The notes: generated from the letters alone by a model not told the origin. A stretch of 64,000 nucleotides of DNA from Utricularia gibba (GCA_002189035.1 NEEC01000013.1:558001-622000), one strand, 5' to 3'. Positions 1 to 13,159 are shown, numbered from the stretch's first letter. A program made the numbers and translations.

Positions 1-19
1 GCTCCTATAAGTAGCTATT

Positions 20-2056
20 TGATAAACGGAAATTTTAGCAATGTCGTTGCAAATAAAGAAAATCTCCGTATCAAATAAATTTATAAGCCCTAATCTATAC
101 AAAATACAAATTTAGAAAACTTGTATAGTGGATTTCGAGGTTGATCACAAAGAGCTTGTGCTTGTCATGTATTTCAGCAAATGCAGAATTCAAAATAACG
201 GTAAATCTTAGTCTAAGCTCAGACCAACAATGGTAAACAAGTTCGGTAAACAAGATCAGTAAATACTATCAGGTCTCACCGCTAAATGTAACAAGTACTG
301 ATTCTAACTCAAAGTAATACCCAGGTCATTCATCACTCTTTTGGCTAAATTAGTCCCCAATATCATCACCAACATTGCAATTAGGTCTATCCGCATACAA
401 GACATATAGAACTAGGTCTACCCAGTTCTACTAGTTCTACCCCGGACTAACACCTATTGCTCCCGTCTTGATTTGTGGGTTTACCTCTAAATCAAGCATC
501 TAAGTTGTGAAGTTACTTATTCCCCTTCTTAGGTAGACACCCATGGATTGATAGAAACAAGAGCTAAGGCACAATGATGAATTTTATTATGAATCCTAGA
601 TCCACACCACCATACTTTATCTTAAGACATCCAAAGGGTTCTAGTCACTCATATTTGGAAGGTAAAAAGCAATGACATTAACATTAAACAACGAAAATGT
701 TAAGAACATCGTGCAAAAAGTTGGTTGCAGAAACTAAAAACATAAACAAACGAAAATAAAGTAGTAAGAGTTCTGGTTTCAATCTACTACTGTTCACAGG
801 CCGGAACAGTAGCACTGGACTGGGTCTTAATCTCCTTCTTTCATGCTGGAGGTTCTTCGGTATTCTTCGTGTTCGAGTTGGGGGAGAGACCCCCTTGTGT
901 GTGTGTCGCAAACTGCTGGTCATCCCTCTTGCAACTCTCTATCCTCCATTTTTTGCTCTGTCTCGCACTTCCCAAAGCAGGTACAATCTCTGACAAATCT
1001 GCTGCTCCTGGCCCTAACTTGCAGACTACTGCCGCGACAATGTACTCATTGCTCCCTGCAGCGTGGTGACTTGCATGAAATCTAGAATTCTTCCTTGATT
1101 CTCGGGTTGATGCTAGACTCAAAAATCAGGTTAGACATGGGATGGGCTAAATCAAAGGATTTAGCCCACTAACACAACATAAATCATATTTTTCCTAATC
1201 AAATGAAAATATTTAAAACTGTAAAATTAACAACTAAAAATCATTAAAATTTTAGTATAGAAAGTAAGAAAATTTGTGTGCTATCATACTACGCTATAAC
1301 GACACCAAACTTGTCCCCAAGTCCTACCCAAGACTAGCAGGAAACCGGTTACTTCAGTATCAGTAATGAACATAAACAACTGAAAGTTATTTCCGGTGCA
1401 TGTGCTACAAAAGTGCAAGTGTGCATGTCATTTCATCACTCAAATGTGCATGAATAGATTCCTCTTGATAAGCGATTTCGAAGATCATATCTTATAGAAT
1501 TGATCCCTTCAAAGTCACTTAAGGTCATGGTTGCCAACCCATTTTTTTTCTTCTTTTTTTTTCTTTTCCTTTCTTTTTTTTGGGCAGTGAAGGGGCAGCT
1601 TGTTCTAGACTAATCGGGGCATAATTTAATTGTCCTTTTCTTTATCAGAGTGTTGGCTAAGCACTCACACATTATAACACCAGTCGATCTCAAGGAATTG
1701 AGTTTTGCAAAAAGTGTTTTGCATTAAACTTTTACAAATTGTCATAGATTTGTAAAAGAGAGTTTTTGAAATACAGAAATAAAAGACATAATACAAGTAA
1801 TGAATCTTGATTAAGGGTAGTTTTTGGGAAATGGATTCCATTCCCTTGAACGATTAACAGGACAAGAGGATTGACGTCAGTTGCCCTCATAACCAAATTT
1901 TGTGCATGTGTCCAACTGTTGCCAATGACCAGTGATGGGTATGAGGTCACCACTTGTCCATGGTCGCGGTATCTCGGTCACAAAGAATTCACTATCTCCC
2001 TCAAACCAATAGGGTTGGAGATGGTGCTCCTTGTTGGGTTTCTCGTAGACATCGTA
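20..2056 (-). mobile_element. 3' end of Athila/Tat-like Gypsy element: LTR family B (20-1286) plus deleted internal 3' region
   Basis: On the minus strand the LTR reads TGATAGCACAC...CCGTTTATCA. 20-1560 is the reverse complement of about 28060-29690, and 460-900 matches about 47300-47800 directly. The assignment of 1560-2056 as internal sequence is weak. Confidence 0.8.
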
Positions 2057-3418
2057 TGTTATAAAAGCAGTGGAATTTAAAATTTTTTGAGAAACCCCAA
2101 TTGCAGATCTTGAAATACGGTATACGTCAGATTAAGGGATGCAGAAAATACATTTCAGAGGACTCCATTGTTAACCAACCGCCAATAGTAGACGGTCTCT
2201 ATGGTATCCACATGTGAAGCACTCTGTCGATAACCTTTTCAAGGCTGCTGAATGTTGGTCGAATTCCTCAGATGCTGGTATAGAAAATCGCCCCTTGTGA
2301 ATTAGTCTCAAAGAGCACGAAGATGATGGAAGCGGATCTATAGATCTAAATCTTTTGATAGATATATGGTAACATATCGAATCATATCTCCGTAAAGATC
2401 TTATCCTGTGGAGATATGTATATGTTCCAAATCTTATCTATATCAGATCTTTTATTTTAAGTTTAATCAATATTAATCTCAAAATAACTCTCTATTTAAT
2501 TTATCTACTTTACCAATTACATCTCATGTAATTGTGTCATTCTATTTTATATCGATGAATGACTCCACTATTGTGTGTGACCCTATAGGCTTCTTCAATC
2601 AAGGGCGTAATAATGGATTTATTAATTAATTTTTAATTAATCAAATCCATCATTATCGATTATGAGTGATGTCTAACAACATATCATGATCCCCAAGATT
2701 CAAGAATAATCAGGTGAACTGATTGAGTCTTTCCATTACCAGTCACTATGCAATGAACAATTTTCATCATACTTATATCTCATTCGATACTAGAACATGG
2801 GTGTGTGTCTTTCTGATGTATCGAACTTATAATTGCATTCAAGCACTAACATGCAATGACCTACTCAAACAATTCGAGTGTCATTACCCTAGGCCCAGGA
2901 CTTACTGTTAGGGTTTGATGCAATTACTTGAGATATGATTTCATCGCTAACATGAGTAATGAATCTTTTATTGATCAATCATTTATCTCCAACCTTAAGG
3001 AGTCATATACCTACTCATCCATACTAAGCAAGGCATGGTTAGGCTGTCATTAATAATGAGCGAAAATGTGAGTTTCAGATCAAGATAACTTTGTTGACCT
3101 CAAGTCTAAGCTTACTTGCACGGCTGTCATATTCGAGATCTTGCTACTGACACTTGGTTAGCTTCCCATAGTAGAATCTCAAAGATGAGTCATCCAATGA
3201 ATCGATTCTCTAATCGACATCCACACATAGGTTCTAGTAATCTCATTACATCAATTGTGAGAACTCAATGTGTGCCAGCCTATCAATATTTGTGATATCC
3301 TCATTTCACAAACACTCTAGCCAATGAATTTTTAATTTGAATATAAATGCTTGAAGAATCTCACATGTGCCAATCTTGGATGCCCACTACTTTATGTCAA
3401 GCATACTTGAGGCAACTA
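2057..3418 (-). mobile_element. Probable Copia (Angela-like) LTR remnant
   Basis: The minus strand ends ...AAAATTTTAAATTCCACTGCTTTTATAACA, resembling Angela LTR 3' ends. No TSD was found and the 5' boundary is uncertain. Confidence 0.4.
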
Positions 3419-6256
3419 TTTATGGAGTTTTAACTACTAGACAGTATGATATTAAGGAATTGAAAGGAAAAGAAAAGAAGGATTGTAATCATGTGGGGTA
3501 GGTAAGAGGGGTGGCACACCTCTATTGATTTCATCAAGCCAAAGCAGTAAAAGAGCCTCTTGATCTTGGTTTCTAAGGTTTTCAGATTGAAATTATGATG
3601 GTTAAAGGGGTACAACAATGCACATAAATCTAATAGACTCTTGATATGTTAAATGTTATTGTTTATTCTTCATATTTCCTAGTGAGCCTTTATTCTGAAT
3701 GATTAAATAACTGCTCTACATGGCCCTCTTGATTCTACGTATTGCATTCAGTGCCTTGATCACTAATTATTCTAGAAAATGAATGGGAAACCTAAGATTA
3801 AATGTTGTGATGTACATTGGGGAATGGATCTTACTTACAGCCATTTTAGTGCCTCTTTTTTGTGGTCCTAGGCTGGTCCTTAAGAGTGGAGTTCACTTCT
3901 CAATTGGCCCTTCTATTTCAAGGGTGTCAATGTGAGTCCGTTAAATGTTGAGTCTATGTAGGGAATCATGTCATCTAAACTAAACATATTATCCAAACCA
4001 TGTTTTACTATGTTGACTTTATTTTTGTTTCACTGTATCCTATGTGATATCCATTAAATTGTTTCCAATTTCCCTATGAGTTTACGTTAATAGAATATTA
4101 GGACCTTATGTTCATTCTTTGGAAACATGGTATGAAGGCCTAAGTTCATAAGGTGTGAATTAGGACCTTGACATGGGTTGCATTGTTTTTTCCTTGATGA
4201 TGATTTTCTAACCTTTTTTTTTTATCCTTGTATAATTTTTTTGATAGTCTATATTCATGAAAGAACAAAATATGCCAGTTTGCATAAAAAAAAAAAAAAA
4301 ATCTTGAATACACTAATCTGACAATGTTGAGCATGTTGATATCTCATGAAAACATTAGGTCAAAATGTATGCTCGCGAAAGTAAAAATGGCTATAACAAA
4401 ATTCATGCATTTTAAGTATCATAGAAAACAGCCCATACATGTAGGAATATTTAAAGATATTTATTATATAATGTTTTCTTTTTTTTAGGAAGAAAGATAA
4501 TTTCAACATATCAAAAAGTAAAGTTGCATTTTGATCCTTGAATCTATGGGATATTATAGGAAAATTGTAGTGGAAGTCAACATTCACAAGTAGGTCATTG
4601 CTCATATTTTGAAAATTTTAGTTTGAGTTTTTATTCTTTTATCTGGATAACTAGATATGTGAAAATGCTTTATGAAGGCAAAAAAACCCAAAGAATCCAC
4701 AATCAAAATTAGAGGAAGATTCTAATTTTGTGTCCAAAAGTAGTTGAAGTTATTTTTTAGATTATATCTTACTTAGTGTAACTCAAAAAGTCACAAATTC
4801 CACTACAAGAAGGGGCGACAAATATGGTGTATATCCCTAATAATACACTGACTTCTTCTTACAACTGGTTACTCAAAAAGTCGCAGTTGCAAAAATTGAA
4901 GATTTTGTGCATGGACTTAGTGTTGTTAACACTCTACAAGACAAATGAAATTAAAAAGTTGTTTTTATTTTATTGAACAATGCACAAATATGTTTGGTTT
5001 TGGATGCTTGTTGATAATACCTATTTGATATTTTTTTTATTATTCAAGTAAATTATGATCATCTATTATAGTTAATATATTCAATACAAAATAAATATCA
5101 GTAAAAAAAAATCTTAAAAGAAAGTTATTGAACATCAAAGTGGATATCAGTTTTTATAATAAAAATCATGTGGGTATAAAATATCATAAAATTCTTATGG
5201 GGACCGTTTAAATATATAATAAGGACAAATGGTTTGATATCCAACAACTATTATAATAGTGGGTATGTGGTGTAATTTTGAAAGATATTGGTATGTTGAG
5301 CAAATAAAGTATAAAATAAGGATATGAAACATAATTTATCTGCAAGGAACTAAGTTGTAGAGGTTAGGATCAGATTTGAAAAAAATATAGGTTATCATAA
5401 GTGGTGAAATGAATCTTGTGGTGTGATTGATTTTATAATTCTACATGATGAGAGATGGTGTTATAATGGTTACCAAATATAACTATTCTATACTAATACC
5501 CCAAACTTGCATAAATGAGTTAATTCTTAAGATTTACATATACACACATGAGCGAAATTTTTAAGATCTAAAACCACTTTTTATATTATTTTTAAAACCA
5601 TTTTTTGGTTTTTTAGTAAATTCTTTTCGAGTTATTATACACTTTTTATGAAGACTATCTTTATTTATTATATGGATATATTTATACACTTATAGAATTA
5701 CCATCATCCTTACTTGCATCAAATTCTCTTCAATCCATTTCTTGACACTAATCTATCATTATTCAATTAAACACGTGTCAAATTCACACCATATCACTAA
5801 TCTATCATCCTTACCTATTAGAAAATTAGACTTCAATTATTTTACAAAATTCATAATATTTTGTTTTACTAAATTTCAATAGTTTTTATTACTTTTGTAG
5901 AGAGCGTGTGATCTTACCATATTAGTATCTTCTCAATTGATGATGACTATCTTTATTTCTTCCTTAATAATATACATTCTATCATTTTATATGAAATTAA
6001 TGATCTTTTTATGTTTTTAAACTTCTCTTGCAACAGCTCTACAATTTTGTAATTATTAATTTAGGGTTAGTTACTTTACCTATCTCAAAGTATACACATC
6101 AAGGAAGCATATTTGACTTTTTTGAATCACTTTAGGCATCAAATTATGGAGATTCTTATAAAGAGCATTCATTTTGGTGTAATATTCCATAAACTGCATG
6201 CCATCACTCAGACTAAAACTATTGATTTCAAATTGTGTATTATTCCATAGACTATT

Positions 6257-6938
6257 TGATAACACATTTTTTTTGAGTAATTGAATACAAAGAAATGACT
6301 CATATTGTGTTACAAAACTTAATCTTTACTGGCTAGTTCTATATTTTTGCGCATAGTACCGTAGTTGTATTTGTTTTAGTCTTAGTTGGGACTAAATCAA
6401 CTAAATCTACGATTTAGTCCCAACCTTACTTCTAATAGTTTTCTTTGAGCAATGCAGCATATGTCGGCAACATGAGGGGTAGAGGATGAGGGAGTAATGA
6501 AACCCACATTAACAACCCTAATTAGAGGTAGACCAAAGATTAAGGGAAAAACAAGAGTCCGGGTAGACTTAGACTTTGTTTGTTTGTTAGTTGTTTTATT
6601 TATAGTTTGTGGGAGTGTGTTTAATGATAAGCATACATACCCTAAGAGTCCTAAGACATCATCCATTTCATCTTAGAAACAATCGAGTTCAGAAGTTTAT
6701 TACTTTTCTTTACTGTATTTTATCGTAATTTTGCCTTAGTCCTAGTTAAGACCAAATCTATCAACGTAACACTGATTTCATACATTGACTCTTACATAGC
6801 AAGCATCTACCTACTTGTGTTCGACCCTAGTCCACTATGTTCATATTTTTCATTTGATTTGATGTAAATTAGATTTATAAATTTCATTTCATAGGAAAAT
6901 TTGTAAATTAACGACATTGCATAATTTTTCATTTATCA
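6257..6938 (+). mobile_element. Solo LTR, Athila-like family A, internally deleted
   Basis: Termini TGATAAC...TTTATCA with a perfect 5-bp TSD CTATT (6252-6256 / 6939-6943). Homologous to 27137, 37633 and 60214. Confidence 0.92.
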
Positions 6939-9237
6939 CTATTATTTAACAATCCATAGCATACCTTCAAAGTTTTTCATAAATCTCGAAAATCTATGTA
7001 ATAAATGTCTCCGAATCCTTAGAAATGTCCCTAGATGAAGTACAATTTATCTTTTACCTTCGGGAGACAATTGGACTCCTCTTCTCCACTCAAAGTAATG
7101 ATGGTTTGAAGTTCACTTATCTACCTTGCATTTAAATGGTAAAATATGCTTATATCAAGATTATTCATCCAATACAAGGAATCTACTATAAGCACAATAC
7201 TTCTATCATTCTATTTCCAACATCGAATTCATTGTTCATCACCAACTAGAATCTATGAGTCATATAATCAACACACTTTCTTGAAGCTAGAAGCACAACA
7301 TTTACCACAACATCAATTCACAATTGTCCATGTTTATTGAATCATGTGCAAATTCTAGGATGAAAAAAATGACTACCATGAAGAAGAAAAGGAAATTTGA
7401 TTATATTGTCATTGATAATAGGAAGATTTGACATTTGGTACTCTAATCTAATTAATAAAGAAAAAATAAAGTAAAGTAAATAATGCCTATATATATGACT
7501 AGTGAAAGGCCAAACTAGTTTCTTGAAGATCTCAAACACACTTATGAGATCTATATACCAAAGGATAGTAGTTCATCTTAAATTGCATCATTTTTTTTTT
7601 AGTTTCAGCAATATGTAAACATCTTTGAAGAAACTGTGCATCTATTTTTAATTCATCTCGGTTTCATATTCCACGTGTAATGGCATATCAAACGAAATAT
7701 TTCTTTGATCTTACCTCTTATTTTCATTAAAATGTAAAAATGATTAAAGTTCTCATCACCCTTTATAAGCCACTAGTTTAAATTGTTGACAATATATGTT
7801 TGTGATAGAAAATATATTTCCTATATTTTTATATTTTTTATTTAAATTAATATTGTAGGATATTCAATTAGTTCTAGTTTTTATTATAATTGTTTGTATA
7901 ATAACGACTCAAAAGAAGACTATCATCTATTATTTTACAAGAGAAAAAGAGAAGATAATAAGGAAAATATTATAATCATTTACATGGCTTCTAATATCCT
8001 TGATGTGTGTTCAAAGTAGCAAACATCAAATCTAACATTTGAATAAGAAATAAATGGATAATATGAATTGAAGTATGAAGGAATATAATCTTAAGAAGAA
8101 ATTTAGGATTGCAACCTCTAATATGGAAGTATCTGAGTAATGAAAGACATGATGTTTATAAAGCATACTCTTCTCAAAAAACCATCAAAGGCATTTTTAT
8201 TATTCATGGTTTAGCAAGTTATTTTTCTAGGATGGAATATTGAGAAAATAAATATAGTGTATGTTGCCTTTTTGTTATTTTTTTACTAAATAAAAGAATT
8301 AAATTGATAATGATGTCTTCACAATTCATAGCTTTTAAAATTGGAAAAAGTGAATAATGGAAAAATTATTATTTTCTTACTCATATAGGAACTAATCCTT
8401 GTTGACAACATAATAATGCACTAAAATCTTGTTGTGCATTGTCGGATTTGTTGAATAATGAATACCGGATATGGAGAATTAGAAGATGATTGAAATAATC
8501 TTAAGTTGCAATATCATGATTGGTATGATTAGATATCTACAAGACTTCATTTGATAAGAAAGGATTCAATTGAAACTTAAGTTTGTGATATTTTGTTTTG
8601 GATGTATCCCAAATTGCTATGTTGTAAAAGATAGACATTCTAATAGAATTTTATCATTTTATGGTTGAAACAAATTGACATTGTATGTTCAATTTGATTG
8701 ATCTCTATTATAATTACTTGTGATACTTCCAACTATTACAACTTGTTTCAACATCAAATTTCTGTACTGAAAGCAAATAAAATAAGATTACGAAATAAGG
8801 TGGAAAATGGTTTTTTGTTAATTGTACTCTCGTGAATATTGAAGGTGAACTTATAAAGAAATACACATATGATAATATCATCAATGACTTCAAAATGTTC
8901 ATGATTGCTGAAAGAAGTTGCAAAACTTTTCATGATTCATCTATGTATTGATGAAACCAAAGGGATATAGTTCAGAATCTCTATTTTCTGATTGAAGTAT
9001 GATGAGATAATTATAAAAATAAATCTCTTTTCAATCTCTCGCACTTATATCTATTTCAATGTTGGATAGCAAAAATCTATCAATTCTACTCTTTTTTGTT
9101 TAAAAAATATATACGATTTCAAATTTCTTCTTTGTAGATGTAGATCTTTTAGTCTCTAGGAAACTCCTCATGGTTTACATCACTTATATTTCCCCCAATT
9201 TGAATTCATAAAAACCATAAGCATATATAGTTTTCCC

Positions 9238-9450
9238 TAGAGGTGGATTCGGTTCCGAACCGTACGGTTTCGTTTCCAAACCGAAAGGTTCCAACGAACC
9301 GTCGGTTCCAAAACCGTGGTTCACTGTAGACAACGGTTCCGGTTTCGGTTCGAAACCGTACGGACGAAACCTTGAACCGAACCGAAACCGGAACCGTACG
9401 GACGGTTTTGGTTCAGAACCGGAACCGAACCATAACTGGAACCGATCGGT
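9238..9450. repeat. Left TIR and subterminal repeat array of the hAT element
   Basis: Dense AACCG/CGGTT/GAACC repeats in both orientations directly after the TIR, as in Ac/Ds-type subterminal regions. Confidence 0.9.
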
Positions 9451-10000
9451 TACTGTTTATAGGTGTTTTCGGACACCCATATGAATCATTGTGGGTGTCT
9501 GGCAGTGAAATTTATAATAATAATTATTTTTTTATATTTAAATATTATCAAACAATATATTTAATAATATTAATTTTTGTATTTAACTAGATATATTATG
9601 TAATCTACTATATTAATTTATAAAAAGCTATAACTTAAATTAATTGATAGACTATCTCAATAAAATATAATTAAAATCAATATAATTTATGACTTAAATA
9701 AATGAAATAAATAATGAAATTATTAGTATTTGAATGTATATTTGATAAAATTAAATTTTTTAAAACAAATACAACAAGATTACAAATTATATAAAATGAA
9801 TAGAATTATTATTTATATATTTATTTTTTTAAAATGAAGATGTTTATATAGTTGTTTTATATAATCTTTTGTAAGTATTGTGTATTTTTCAAATTAAAAT
9901 AAAACAACATCTATTTCATATATTTTGGAAACAAAATATTAGAAGGATTAAATACATTGCATTTTCAAAATTAACATCACATATTTCACATCTCTTAATA

Positions 10001-10190
10001 ATCGTTAAGGGTGTCCAGGCTCCAGAGAAGATCCAGGCACCCTCAATAACGGATCAGAGTGTCTGGACAACCTCTAACCATAATCCTAATTTTAAAGTGC
10101 GTGCTGTCTTCGTTAAGAGTGTCCAGACTCTAGAGAAGATCTCAGGCACCCTGAATAATGGATCAGAGTGCCTGGACGACCTCGAACGAC
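10001..10190. repeat. Two about 110-bp-period tandem units each containing the CCAGGCACCC...GAGTGTCTGG palindrome
   Basis: Units start at about 10001 and 10111 (CGTTAAG(G/A)GTGTCCAG(G/A)CTC(C/T)AGAGAAGATC..CAGGCACCCT). Confidence 0.85.
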
Positions 10191-10430
10191 ATTCCTTATT
10201 CTGAGGCTCACGCTGCCAAGGCATTAGAGGCACCCTTAGAAATCATTATATATCTCCCAAATGAATTTAAAGGATCACTATTCACTAGAGCATATTTCAC
10301 ACGATGCATATGGGAATTCAACGAATGTAACACTAACAACAACATAATTGTCGACTAGAAAAAAAGTCATCAACAAAAATATTTCAACTACAACATAAGT
10401 GTTCAAAATAACTAATATTAGAGGCTTCCT

Positions 10431-12689
10431 TTAACAATCTTGTAGGCATGCATAATACTCCCATAAGGCATGTCCCTCACGTATGGGAGGCTGTCCTATT
10501 TGGTTCTCATTAACATAACTTGGAACATCATGAGTATATCGTAATCCTTCAAGGAAAGTCCGCATCTCACCATCAACATTTAATGATGCATCATCCCTAT
10601 TAGTATGCGAATAGGGACTTGGAAAAACAGCATTATTTTCCTGAAAAATTAATGGTTAGTTTTGATGTATAACCAAGTGTATGGTAGAGTAGAAAAGCTA
10701 AAATGACTTACCGGATTTTTCATTGACTTGTGAGGCGAATCATCAATCAATAAGGTGTTGTGACAGCCATATCTTGAGTTTAATCCATTGTTGACATCCC
10801 ATACACGACTCAACTCCTTCATATAGACTGTGTTGCTAGGATTGCTGTGAACACGTACACCCGTATTCGTAGTCATCGTTTGATCCCAAACAAAAATGAG
10901 TTTATCAAATAATGAAGGTGGAAAGACCCATTTAGTGATTGCTTGTAGGTGCTCCCTACAAAATAAATCAATTGCAAGAATTGGCACCATTCTAAATACC
11001 AACCAAAAAAAAAAGTAACATACGTACCCACCACGGGATGACCATAAGGCTACATCAAAATTATCTATACACCCTAATAAAGTCACGAGCATATGGACGT
11101 AGAAAGACTGCATAAATTACACTAAATAAGTGTTGTTTTAATACCTGATCGGCCATATATAATTTTATTTGGAGGATTTGTGACCTTGACGGTCCAGCCC
11201 TATACACGATGTCTGCGAGCACACCATTGACATCCAAGATTATCAGCTTTCGTTGAGGCTCAGAGGCACTCAAAGAGGGTCCGGTATTGCCCAATGGCTC
11301 TCATACCAATCCAACTTAGAGTGAAGCTCTTCATTTTCCTTTGTTATAAATTCAAGTCTCTCATCTACATCATTGAGACCACGTGTGAGCTCGTCCCCTT
11401 CAACATCATTACTTTCTTGTGTCCTCTCATTCTTAGACAAATCTTCATTCTTTTGGGATACTCTAGGATTCTTCAATACACTACACTAATAACGTTTTGT
11501 CCCCGGTGCATCCACAAATTATGGTAAAATGTCAATAAAACTCTTTTGCATACTGGAGAAAAGGAGTATAAGATCTTGTACATCCCTCTTGTGCAAGGTA
11601 TCAAATCCTACAATAAAAAAAGATTAATTAACAATAGATTCAACAAAAATATTCAATAAAAATATTAAATATGAGTTATTTCGACAAGTCTAAACTAAAA
11701 AGCAATAAATTAAATACACATATTCAAAAAGAGTATTGAAAAAAAATATTCAATAACACTAAACTGTATAAATATATACTCAATAAGAAAAGATTAAAAA
11801 ATATTCAATAAAAATATTCAATAATGATAGATTGAATAAAAATAGATAGAAAAGTATTCAATAAGAATAATTGAATAAAAATACATTGAAAAAAAAATCT
11901 CTAAAAAATAATGAATAAGAACAGAATAAAAAAATTAACAAACAAATTTAATTAGATTAGATCGAATAAAAGTAAAATCTGAAAAATTTTCAATAAAAAC
12001 AAGATTTAATAAGATTAACTTCACTAAAAATATTTAATAACAATAGAATTAATAAAAGTAGATTAAAAAACGTTCAATTATAATACATTCAATAAAAACC
12101 TTCAATACAAATATTCATTAAAAATATTCCATATTTTTATTCATATTTCTTATAGTAATACAATGAAAGATTTACCTTTTGTCTTGCATACTTCACTCGA
12201 ATTAGGATGCATTTGAGGAAATCTCGTTTCCATTGGAGGACGTATCCAAACAAAGCTTGTCCACCATTCCTCAAATCCTCTTCTCACGTCTGTCACTAGT
12301 ACCAACTCTTTTTTCCCCTTTAGTGTGTAGTGGTTCTTGTTTGGAATCCTAGAGCATACACTCACAGCAAAAAAATAACGAAGTTCCACCTCAAGAGATA
12401 ACTCCTCACAAATACTCACAAAAGCTAACACATATGAGATAGATCTTGGAGTTAAATGAGATAATGGAATTGCTAAACATTCTAATATTTCTTCTAAAAA
12501 GGGCAACAATGGTAAGCGTAAACCTCAACGAAAATGTTCCGTGCTTAAGGCAAATCCCATTGGACCCACACGGTTTGGAATTTCACTCTCAATCAACTCA
12601 TTTGGTTCTTTGTCCCAAATCTCATACTCATCCGGTATCAAGAATCTAGTTCTCAATTTTTCAGAAGTATATATCTACAAAACACCCAT
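10431..12689 (-). pseudogene. Spliced cargo gene: Transposase_28-like domain + coiled-coil + NIF/FCP1-like HAD phosphatase domain (about 500 aa reconstructed, disrupted)
   Basis: Exons 12674-12176, 11607-11145, 11107-11028, 10955-10712 and 10640-10431 with GT-AG introns. N-terminus: LRTRFLIPDEYEI...GLRLPLLPFLEEILECLAIPLSHLTPRSISYVLAFVSICEEL...WWTSFVWIR. C-terminus: RKLIILDVNGVLADIV...VFLRPYARDF...FDVALWSSR...LIFVWDQ...NTLLIDDSPHKSMKNPENNAVFP...IGQPPI..GHALWEYY. Stops at 12525, 11519 and 11486 (plus TAG at 12675-12677 if the ATG at 12689 is the start); frameshifts near 11297, 11180 and 11070. Confidence 0.85.
11640..12120. repeat. Degenerate short-motif array (TTCAATAA / TTGAATAA) in the 568-bp intron of the cargo gene
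   Basis: Eight exact TCAATAA copies between 11650 and 12100, plus several TTGAATAA/GAATAA variants. Confidence 0.65.
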
Positions 12690-13159
12690 AGGTATTGTAT
12701 AAAAAATCAAACTACAATAATTGGACAAGGTATTTCAATTTGGAACACAGATTAGCAACCATGATGGAAAATAAATCACATACCTTGTTTAATTTAAACA
12801 ACACTCCAAGTAGGTGGTGGGACTGTGGGGGCGTTCGGTCGCTTTCGGCTGGGGGGGCATGGGGGAAAGAGGTAAGAAAATTTTCTTACCGGATGGGTGG
12901 GGATTAGGGTTGTCTTAATTGTCAACGTGGGGAGTGGGTAAAGTGGGGACTGGGGTGGTGATGTGTAGCGCTATGTATGGGTGCGTGAAGAGTTGGTTTA
13001 ATTATCGAAATCATTAGGTAATGATTACGTGCAATATGTCTCTAGGTTCATCGGTTGTCAGTAATTATTTTTGTTGATTTCCAATGAGAAGTGTCGCTCG
13101 CTTGAATCGATCCGAACCCACTGTGTAATTTTTTTGGAAATGCTGTTTAATTACTCCAA

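Noticed and set aside
684-1122. Overlapping short ORFs in LTR sequence (also 6397-6666, 27408-27650, 38402-38623, 47662-47889, 49290-49607)
   Set aside because: They lie within LTRs and have no protein-family motifs.
7000-9200. Possible decayed Helitron RPA-like or other TE coding remnants
   Set aside because: One short ELILVD-like motif only; no continuous frame or termini.
9372-9590. ORFs at 9372-9590 and 17020-17235 rich in RTET/PVPV
   Set aside because: Translations of the hAT subterminal repeats.
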